This document shows positions 48,526 through 56,683 of a DNA stretch of 64,000 bases, in pieces. Source of the stretch: Giardia intestinalis (Eukaryota). The stretch's first letter is position 1. The number at the start of each line of letters is the position of its first letter. The stretch lies in assembly GCA_000002435.2 (NCBI GenBank), contig CM018792.1; one strand, given 5' to 3'. Under the pieces are notes generated by a model. That model worked only from the letters and a program-made list of their open reading frames with translations, ran no database searches and was not told the origin of the DNA. The position numbers and the translations under genes were made by a program.

Positions 48526-51500
48526 CTACTGTCGCAGGCTAGAAATTCCAAGAGTGTGAGCGACCCGGTCTGTCTTTTCGGAGGTCGTGGTGGGGATGGC
48601 CTGGGGGCGCGTAGAGGACAGAATGAGTGACTTTCCTTGGGATTCTACAGAGAGAATTGCCCGACTTCTCCGTCCAAAGGCACCCCTTATCACTGATATC
48701 ATGCGGGTGAACATCCCACCTCTCTCCTTTCTTTGCTCCGACGATTCTGCACTCGCCTTTCCGGCCTCAAGCCTTGCCATCTCGACCGATCGAAACTTTG
48801 CTAAGTCCTGAAGTGTTCCGTGGACAGCATCCTCTGCGGTTAATTGCTCTGGGTTTGCTCCCAAAAGGATAAGGGTTGCAAGGTCCGAGTTGGGGACTAT
48901 TGCGTTCGCTGCATTCCTTATGTCTTCCAAGAAGCGATTGGACGCGTAGTAGATGTCTATTTCATTCATTGTCTGCAGGATGAGCTCATTGATATCTTCT
49001 ATGGTGGTCCCAGAGTTGTGGGCGATAGTGGCCATGAGCTTCATCTTCTCCTGAGCATTCATCTTCTCAACAAGGGAGTATGTAAGCATGTCCTCCAGAG
49101 AGATAGAGGACTCCGAGCCAAATGAGCCTGAGCTGCGTGTGGAGCGCCCACCAAGAGACACTAGAGATCTAGTCCGTATGCTAGGATCTTGCTGAGCTGG
49201 CTTTTGAAGTGGTGGCTCACCGTCACTCTCCGAGGTTCCTCCAGACCTATATGTCATGTGGCTCAGGTCTACCTTTCTATCAAAAAGAAGCTTGCGCAGA
49301 CGCTCTTCAATGCTGACCGGGGGATTGATGCATGAATCATTGATAGAATCTGCAGACAGGTTAGCCGTTAAAACCATTGCAGGTGCAGCTGCCACAAATT
49401 CGTTGCCGGAACCATCCACGTTATCTTCCTGATTGTAATTATGTATAGGCCCCAGAGCGCTTCCTGAGCGCGTAAGATTGGACAGGAGCAGAACGCCGTC
49501 CTTCGGCTGTGAGAAGACTGGCACTGACTTGGTTGAACGACGAGAGAATGGCTGCGTCCCTTTTAAGGACATGATCAAGGAGTCAGTAATCGATCGCCCT
49601 GCTGGCATAACAGGCGACTTCAAGTGCATAATCTTCTCTCTCTCCGACCTAGCCCCAGAGAATTTTTCTGGGCTGACAAGAGTGGTTCCGACAAAGGAGT
49701 GAGGCTCCAGAATAGGTATCTTCGATGTGATATCTTCAAATGTATCCAGTTCGTTGACAAACTCCTCTGGTAGCCGTTTCAGTTCTCTTCTATCCACTGC
49801 AATCTTCCTTCCCCCAGATGCAGTCAAGGGTCTGTCTATGGCTGTATTGATGCTGTGGTTCACATCGCTGAGCGTAAGTGGATGATCTATTGCTGTTTGC
49901 AGAGTGGCACCAGTTGGAAGATAGACAGTGTTGTTCTGTTGGCTTGCCATCAGCTGAGAGCTCAGGATGGCCCTGCTTCCTGCCACCATAGAGTGTCCCA
50001 TAAAGCGGCTAGTTGCTAGTGAGCTGAAAACGGAGCTGTGAGAGCGCGAAGCTAGTTCGTGCTGGTGTTGCGTATCATTGAGCTGCAACATCAGGTTTTG
50101 TATGGCTTCCGATTGCATGTTTGCTATGTCGTGCATATTACTTAGAAGAGTCTTGACCCGTGAATCAAGAAAGTATATCTTGCTCAGCAGATCCCAGTCT
50201 AAATACTTGGAAGGAACAAGGTCCCGTAAGATGTTGGAAAGATCGGCTACCTCTGCATGCCTCTCAAAGCTTTCACCCTTGGAAAACACTGATGTGCGAA
50301 GAAAGTATGATTGTATGGAGCTGGTCCAGACCAGAACCTTAGAAAGCTGCTCTTCTAGCATATCCTGCAGTTCTGTTAGACGTTGAGACGGTCTAAATCC
50401 AACTGTGAACTGGCTTGCCTCATCTATTACTTCTCGTAGAAGCTTCAGGTCGAACTTGCTATTAAAACTTTTGTCTACTATGTCAGTGGCTACCTGCTTT
50501 TGAAATTCTTGATACAATGATAATAGTAGCCTGGCAATCAGGCCAATCTGGTAGAATTTAAACTCCTCGCTATTCATCTCACAACGCCGTCCATTTGACT
50601 CTTCATCGTCGACGTTTTCTGGCATGGTTCCATAGAGCTCCCCAGAAGGAGCCGCGCTCTTCAGTAGCTCATCTATAAAGGCCTTGTCAGGACTTGGCAG
50701 AATACACACCTCCAACATCTTGCATATCGTGGAGTGGTTGTTGGCAACATCAACCTCAAATGTGTAGAGAATAGAAGACACTGGTTCTGCTTGATGTTCG
50801 CTATGCTTGAGAGGATGAGACGTGAGATAGTACCCTGGCAGATGACCATCTCGTGAGGTAATGTAGTAACACCAGAGCTCGAGTATTAGAAAAGCGGCGT
50901 AGAAATTGATGCAGTACTTAAAAAGCCGTTCGAGAATGTGCAGCTCAACTTCAAGGTAGAACTCTCTGGGCCGTCCAGAAGACCGAATGTGGTTGTTGAT
51001 GATTTTATCCAGGACTTTGCACTCAATATCTGTTGGCTCTTTAGAAACGAAGCCATTAATCTTTAAATTCTTAATCTCAAGTGGCGAAATATCTGAATTA
51101 TCGAGTAGAAATGGGGTAGATTGCTTGGTACCGTCAGTAGCATTTATAATAGAACTGGCAAGATAATATTGGTTATTATTGTAGTCTGAGCCCAAATCCA
51201 GCGCTATCCTATGTGTTGTATTACTAAGTGCTTCCGCAGTACATGTGTCTGGATAGGGCTCGCGGACTTGGAGTGAGGGGTCAGGCGGATGATCAAATGG
51301 TGTAGTACCTACAGAGCCTATATCTAGCGAGCTCGCACCATCCTTTGGTGCAATTTCGGTGCGTAAGCTCTCCAGCTCCGCCTTGAGCATGTTGTCAAGA
51401 TGACTCTCTGTGACAGCAACAGTACCAGCCAGATCGGGCGCTAATTTGTTTGCCTCTAGTTCCAGTTGTTCAACACTGCTCTGATCCTGTCCTTGATCTA

Positions 51501-53637
51501 CGTGGTTGATCATCTTTAGTGATACTGTACTAAGATCGACAACAGGGAGTTCAGATGACATAACATCGGAGATGCCCACAAGGGTGCCTACAGCGGTAGG
51601 AGCATCCTCCACCCGAGAGTCTATGTTTTCTATGTTAGAAGTAAGCGTTGCAACCACATTGGATGGGTCTTTAGCTGGTAGGTTTGGCATGCAAAAGGAT
51701 CCGTAATGATGCTTGCAAAATAGGTCCACAGGTCGGAACTGCATCTTAAGACTCAGAGGCACGGCAGCGTCGTTTTCAGATAGCTTGTCTAGTCCAGCAA
51801 TAACTATGTTGGTTGAATCGGACGAGACAAGGTCCTTGTAAGAAAATGTAAAGACGGTGTCTTCTACTGTGGTTACAATGACCCAGAGAGAGGTAATTGC
51901 AATTGCAGCAACGGCCACGCGGGTGGGGGTGACAATCTTATGACGGAGCTTCAACGCCATTTTATTGAATGTCTTGCTATGAACAAGCTCACAGATGTGA
52001 ACTTCAGCTGACTCAGTGGACCCAATGAATAAGTAATCTGACGACATGCTCATGGCAAGCACATTAGGGATGAATGGTGCGTTATATGCGCCAACAAGCT
52101 TCTTTCCATTGTAGAGAAATACATTATTCTGCCTGTAAACTCGATGGTCTGTCTTGACCATATCGTCGCGGAGCCCTGAAATGACTGCGGACGTGAATGA
52201 CCCTGGAGACGTAGCTGACCCGGATGTGCTGTTGGACCTAACGCAATCTGAAGATTGACTCCCAGGGGGTGCTGCCTTGCGCTTATCTGAAGGATAAGTT
52301 TTTTCCGGGCGTGGGGGTTGCGCTGTAGAAGTGGGTGTCTTCCCTCGGACGTGGGGCGGAGCAGTTGTTTCTTCAAGAATGGTAAAATTCAGAGAGGAGA
52401 TCATCGTACTGTTGGTGCTAGTAGTGCTAGTAGTGCTGAAAGTGCTGTTGGTAGCGTTGGCGCTTGCACTTCGAGCAGAAGCTCCCGTGGAGCACATGGA
52501 GAGGAAGTTCATTCCATAAATTACACAGAAGTGATACTGTTTCTGGTTCTTGCTGGACATCTCCTCATCTAGAATACTCCTTGCCAAGGCAGAAGCGATC
52601 AAGTTTCGCTCGCCAATCCTAAAGGACGGGTCCTGCTCCAGCAGAAGACCAATAGGATACACAGAGTACAGATAAGAGAACTCATTTTCTATATAGTTTC
52701 CTGATTCTTCTGCGTGAACCCGTAATCGTAGTACCTTGTCTTTGTAACAGAGAGTAAAGAGCTCGACTGCTGCCAGCCGTTTGTGAACAAATAGTATGAA
52801 AGAGTTCTGCTTAACATTTATCAGCGACTGATCACTGGCCATCTTCATGCTCCGCTGATCGACTAAAATCATATCTGGCTCTCTTATAATTTTATAGTGC
52901 ACGAGCACGTGCTGAGTCTCACTGTGCGGTTTAAGGTTTGGCGCAATTATTACGCCGCTCTTTGTCCTCCTGCTATACCCGACCATGTAGCCTGCTTGCA
53001 AGCAGTGGATGCGCGAAAAGTCCTGAAAGTCTAGCTTGTGGCGCGATAGTTTGGAAAGAATATCATGCTGATCCATCAAAAACGTAACGCCTTCCACTGT
53101 TACGCTCTTGGGGTGCCTTGCTGGAGGAGACATCTGTGTGGAGACAGTAGGGATCTTGCTTCCGCTTTTAGTGTCTGACACATTCACCTCAACCGAGAAT
53201 TGGTTAAGTGGCACCTTGAAGAACCACAGATCGACGCCATCTGTCCCCAGAATATACATGGTCTCAGAAATAATGACTGATGAGTTTAGGCCTAGAAGTT
53301 CTACTATCTCTATACTCCCGAGAGAGTACTGATCATTGTGAAGCTCAATGAGAAAGTCCCTGTCGGACAGAGGTGTAAACACGAGAGAGGAAGAAGGAGA
53401 AGGCGTGTGAGATGCACGAGCATCGCTTGACACATCTTCCTGAAGACCTAAAGTTGGAGTGACTGCTCTGAGAAATAGCTTATTGGATGAAAAGTATGCC
53501 ATGAAGGGGAGATGCTTATAAGTAGCACTGCCAGTCACCGGAATCTGCACGAGATATATGCTTTTCTTAATGTCCTTATACATATCTTGGAGAAGAGTTT
53601 CCGACCGTCTGCTCAAGATGCCTGCCACAACAGCCAT
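48526..53637 (-). CDS. Very large hypothetical protein (about 1700 aa) with internal Ser/Thr-rich low-complexity tracts.
   Basis: The ORF is continuous. The track start is a GTG and the first ATG is at 53637. A region NATNSTFSTTSTTSTNST is low complexity. No catalytic motif was recognised. Confidence 0.5.
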   Translation of the reverse strand: MAVVAGILSRRSETLLQDMYKDIKKSIYLVQIPVTGSATYKHLPFMAYFSSNKLFLRAVTPTLGLQEDVSSDARASHTPSPSSSLVFTPLSDRDFLIELHNDQYSLGSIEIVELLGLNSSVIISETMYILGTDGVDLWFFKVPLNQFSVEVNVSDTKSGSKIPTVSTQMSPPARHPKSVTVEGVTFLMDQHDILSKLSRHKLDFQDFSRIHCLQAGYMVGYSRRTKSGVIIAPNLKPHSETQHVLVHYKIIREPDMILVDQRSMKMASDQSLINVKQNSFILFVHKRLAAVELFTLCYKDKVLRLRVHAEESGNYIENEFSYLYSVYPIGLLLEQDPSFRIGERNLIASALARSILDEEMSSKNQKQYHFCVIYGMNFLSMCSTGASARSASANATNSTFSTTSTTSTNSTMISSLNFTILEETTAPPHVRGKTPTSTAQPPRPEKTYPSDKRKAAPPGSQSSDCVRSNSTSGSATSPGSFTSAVISGLRDDMVKTDHRVYRQNNVFLYNGKKLVGAYNAPFIPNVLAMSMSSDYLFIGSTESAEVHICELVHSKTFNKMALKLRHKIVTPTRVAVAAIAITSLWVIVTTVEDTVFTFSYKDLVSSDSTNIVIAGLDKLSENDAAVPLSLKMQFRPVDLFCKHHYGSFCMPNLPAKDPSNVVATLTSNIENIDSRVEDAPTAVGTLVGISDVMSSELPVVDLSTVSLKMINHVDQGQDQSSVEQLELEANKLAPDLAGTVAVTESHLDNMLKAELESLRTEIAPKDGASSLDIGSVGTTPFDHPPDPSLQVREPYPDTCTAEALSNTTHRIALDLGSDYNNNQYYLASSIINATDGTKQSTPFLLDNSDISPLEIKNLKINGFVSKEPTDIECKVLDKIINNHIRSSGRPREFYLEVELHILERLFKYCINFYAAFLILELWCYYITSRDGHLPGYYLTSHPLKHSEHQAEPVSSILYTFEVDVANNHSTICKMLEVCILPSPDKAFIDELLKSAAPSGELYGTMPENVDDEESNGRRCEMNSEEFKFYQIGLIARLLLSLYQEFQKQVATDIVDKSFNSKFDLKLLREVIDEASQFTVGFRPSQRLTELQDMLEEQLSKVLVWTSSIQSYFLRTSVFSKGESFERHAEVADLSNILRDLVPSKYLDWDLLSKIYFLDSRVKTLLSNMHDIANMQSEAIQNLMLQLNDTQHQHELASRSHSSVFSSLATSRFMGHSMVAGSRAILSSQLMASQQNNTVYLPTGATLQTAIDHPLTLSDVNHSINTAIDRPLTASGGRKIAVDRRELKRLPEEFVNELDTFEDITSKIPILEPHSFVGTTLVSPEKFSGARSEREKIMHLKSPVMPAGRSITDSLIMSLKGTQPFSRRSTKSVPVFSQPKDGVLLLSNLTRSGSALGPIHNYNQEDNVDGSGNEFVAAAPAMVLTANLSADSINDSCINPPVSIEERLRKLLFDRKVDLSHMTYRSGGTSESDGEPPLQKPAQQDPSIRTRSLVSLGGRSTRSSGSFGSESSISLEDMLTYSLVEKMNAQEKMKLMATIAHNSGTTIEDINELILQTMNEIDIYYASNRFLEDIRNAANAIVPNSDLATLILLGANPEQLTAEDAVHGTLQDLAKFRSVEMARLEAGKASAESSEQRKERGGMFTRMISVIRGAFGRRSRAILSVESQGKSLILSSTRPQAIPTTTSEKTDRVAHTLGISSLRQ

Positions 53638-53922
53638 TGAGCCGTCCGGTTTAATAAATGACACCCAAAATCTCCATTTTTTGAATTGTTAATCTGGTAT
53701 GCCATGAAGTGAAGCTACAGAACATGATGATATAATTTATTCTACCTTGTACTTTATCATCTAGCGCCTTTGGTATCAAAATCTGAGAGCAAAAGCACGC
53801 AAGAGTCTAGGCTCTTCTGGGAAGTCAAGTATGGTTGCATACATAAGTGGTGTTGAGCCTCAACTGTCATGCATGGAGAGCTCAATCAGTAGCAGCTATA
53901 CACATCCTACGTGACCATGGCT

Positions 53923-54627
53923 CAAAGCGGGCATGAACGCCGTTGCACCAGATAGGTCTTGTATCCCTACTTCACACAAAAGCTGAAGAACATAGTCGGC
54001 TCAGCCCGCAGAAGCTGCCATCATCAGCGCAGAGCGACCTCTGAAGCCCAAGCCAGCATCTTCCATATACTGCTCAACGCTCTGAAACTCTTCGTTTCGA
54101 ACAGCCGTCATAAGCAACGTCTCACCATAAGTATCTTTTCCTATGCGCAGAGGTAGATTATATTGGATTTTGCTCGCAACTGAGTACTGACAGAGTACCG
54201 GTGATGACTTGATTCTCCTAGAATTGCACGCAAAGTGCAGGGATTCGGTTGCAGCTGAACTGGTGGCAATGCTTGAAATACCGTCACGGAGTAAATCTAC
54301 ATTGTCTTGGACAGTAAGGTTCAGTACCTCTTTCTGCGTAAGCTCTGCGTAAGCATGGATTGCACGACGAACATCGAAGAAGTAAGTACAACACGAGGAA
54401 CCATGCCTCTTATTCCAGAGACACACTGACGAGTCTAGATCATCTGCGCTAGTAGACAGCTTGGTATAAGAGAGGTTACGGCTGGATGACCTCCAGTTGC
54501 ATGTTGCGGATTGATTGGAGAATGAATGGATAAGTGAGTGGAAGATAGAAGCTCTGATTCTGCAGAGGCACGTGGCGGCGGCGTCCCACAGCCGTCCTAG
54601 ATGAGCTCCTGCACCAGTCGTTCTCAC
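53923..54627 (-). pseudogene. Decayed ankyrin-repeat (Protein 21.1-like) gene remnant.
   Basis: The 208-codon ORF starts at a GTG and has no ATG for about 170 codons. It ends in 1.5 ankyrin units (GETLLMTAVRNEEF...GRSALMMAASAG) and then a TGA. Ankyrin-like sequence continues in frame after that stop (ADYVLQLLCEVGIQDLSGATAF) until a second stop. Confidence 0.45.
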
Positions 54628-54837
54628 GCTACTACCTATCTACAGACGCACATCTGTCGTGATACCGTGCAATATACTAATAACACGGGTTGCCACCTGT
54701 CTGGACCAACTGGATTGAGTTAACAAACAAGTAATCAGACCCATCGTGTTGTCGTCTCAACAAGGGAATCGGTGGAGGCTTCAACAGGACGCGTGGCATG
54801 CTCATCAGTCGTTGCCAATTAAGTTACTTAAAACCAA

Positions 54838-55368
54838 ATGGCCACTCCATCGGCGGAAAAGGCAGACACACTCAAGGAAACAGTGGATTATGTGACAGAG
54901 GCGATTAAGCAATTAGAGATGGAGCAGGAGCAAGTCGCAAATGACAAGCACCCAGAGTTTCAGCGCCTACTTGCGACTTTGGATGCCACACGTCTTCGCC
55001 TCTTGTCCATAGCAGAGATACAGTATCAGCTATCTATTCAGCATGCTAAGCACACCATGGAGTATACAAAAGCGCAAATTGAGGCCGATTTCCTCGTCGC
55101 CAGGGACGATGTAAAAGACAAGCTCTACAATGATCTGCGGAGACGCCGGAAGGAAATCAAGGATCTGATAGACAAATTAGCTCAGCACGGGGTCTCGGTT
55201 GAGCAGGAGTTAGTTGACAAGCTTGACACGCGTTTTCCTGCACGAAAGAGGACCCGTGAAAATTCGCGGTCCCAGCGCCCAGAGTTCAACCTCAAGCTCT
55301 CTGAGCACGAGATCCGCGAGGACACCGTGTACATCCAGTCCTTGCGACAGGAGAACTCTAGTAAATAA
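54838..55368 (+). CDS. Coiled-coil protein, tentatively Sds3/BRMS1-like (Sin3-HDAC corepressor component).
   Basis: The pattern HPEFQRLLATL..RL..IAEIQYQLSIQHAKHTMEYTKAQIEADF...LYNDL...KEIKDL resembles the Sds3-like domain. The match is weak. Confidence 0.35.
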   Translation: MATPSAEKADTLKETVDYVTEAIKQLEMEQEQVANDKHPEFQRLLATLDATRLRLLSIAEIQYQLSIQHAKHTMEYTKAQIEADFLVARDDVKDKLYNDLRRRRKEIKDLIDKLAQHGVSVEQELVDKLDTRFPARKRTRENSRSQRPEFNLKLSEHEIREDTVYIQSLRQENSSK

Positions 55369-55378
55369 CAGAGCAGAT

Positions 55379-55774
55379 TCACTTTATGCTCATGGCGATC
55401 CTCTTCATGGCCATCTTGCGCTCCCTTCTGAGCTTGGCAATCTTGCCCATGTCCTCGAACGTCGCCTTAGCACGGAGACGCTGCTGCTGAATCTTCTTGC
55501 CCCAGACGGAGTTCATGAACGTGTCGATGGCAGGAGATGCTTCTATCTCTTTCTTAAGCTGCTCTGTCGTCGGCTTTTCAGAGATGTTTATCACCTGGTC
55601 CGTGAGCATGGCCCATCGGAGGGAAACGACCTGGCGCTTGACGCCCGTTGTGGGACCATCGATCAGGACTGCCGCTGTGCTCAGGATGTCCACTATGACC
55701 GCCAGCTTCCCCTTATCGGGCCCGTCGCCGAGATAAACGAGCCTTCCCGCCTCCACAAACCTATGGTAGGACAT
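55379..55774 (-). CDS. RPL14: 60S ribosomal protein eL14.
   Basis: MSYHRFVEAGRLVYLGDGPDKGKLAVIVDILSTAAVLIDGP matches the eL14 N-terminal KOW-like domain, and a basic C-terminal tail is present. The second codon is an ATG; the first is a TTG. Confidence 0.85.
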   Translation of the reverse strand: MSYHRFVEAGRLVYLGDGPDKGKLAVIVDILSTAAVLIDGPTTGVKRQVVSLRWAMLTDQVINISEKPTTEQLKKEIEASPAIDTFMNSVWGKKIQQQRLRAKATFEDMGKIAKLRRERKMAMKRIAMSIK

Positions 55775-55839
55775 CAAGAAAATTCATTTTGAATACTTTT
55801 TAAAATCAGGCAAACATGATCATTTACAAAAGGCCCCAC

Positions 55840-56232
55840 TCAGATCTCGTAGTCGTGGATGTTGTCCATGTGGAGTGGAAACACCCACTCGCGGGAGGCG
55901 ATGTGTAGAAAAGCGTATCCGACAAACGTACAACTGAGAAACAGCCCAGCGATGACGCTCCGAGAGTTATGATAGTTTGCAGCAGCAACCCCCGTCACGG
56001 TAGTAACAGTCACAGCGCAGAGTAGCACATAAAGAAGCTTCTGGTGGTGTGTGTAGCGCGTAATGAGACAGTACAGGAAGCATAGCGCACATATGGCCGC
56101 CTGGCCCTGGACGATGGAGGCAAGCTTCCGATCCAAGGCTGTATGGCGGCCGAAGAGCAGGGGGAGGGCTTTGCGAATGGCGTCCATCATATATTTTTTG
56201 TGCAGATGACTCGCCGCCACGTGTTTACTCAT
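55840..56232 (-). CDS. Small multi-pass membrane protein, hypothetical.
   Basis: About 130 aa with 3-4 hydrophobic helices (AICALCFLYCLITRY, LLYVLLCAVTVTTVTGVAAA, IAGLFLSCTFVGYAFL). The start overlaps the uS10 stop codon by 8 nt; an alternative ATG lies at 56190. Confidence 0.4.
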   Translation of the reverse strand: MSKHVAASHLHKKYMMDAIRKALPLLFGRHTALDRKLASIVQGQAAICALCFLYCLITRYTHHQKLLYVLLCAVTVTTVTGVAAANYHNSRSVIAGLFLSCTFVGYAFLHIASREWVFPLHMDNIHDYEI

Positions 56233-56605
56233 TATCCGGCTCTTCCACCTCAACGGTTACCTGGATCCCAGGTATGACCACTGTCTTGGACAAAATTGTG
56301 CTAATGTCATTCCCTCCGCAGGTAACCCAGAATGTGCGCTTGTACATGCGTAGCTCAAAACGGTGCCAGGTGTTGGTGCCCTCTCCGCACGGGGATTTTC
56401 GGGTTGTAATGGTCAGCCTCCTGACTGGGGCGCGGCACGGGCCAGATATCCCAAACGCTCTGCCCTCCTTCACTATGCTCTTGACGTACCTCTCGACCAG
56501 CTTAAGGTCCTTCCCGACCACAATGATGGTGTACTTCTGGTGCATATCCTTTCCATCCTTGTGATCTGCAAGATTCACGCCTCCAGTCGACACGCTCTCT
56601 GCCAT
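56225..56605 (-). CDS. RPS20: 40S ribosomal protein uS10 (S20e).
   Basis: GPCRAPVRRLTITTRKSPCGEGTNTWHRFELRMYKRTF...VEVEVE is near-identical to the eukaryotic S20 core ([36 protein letters not shown]). Confidence 0.85.
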   Translation of the reverse strand: MAESVSTGGVNLADHKDGKDMHQKYTIIVVGKDLKLVERYVKSIVKEGRAFGISGPCRAPVRRLTITTRKSPCGEGTNTWHRFELRMYKRTFWVTCGGNDISTILSKTVVIPGIQVTVEVEEPDNE

Positions 56606-56683
56606 AGCCTCGGTGGCCGCGTTTTCGTACTTAAAGAATTCATTTTAATTCTGTTAAATTTTTGTTTAATGACCACCACGAGC

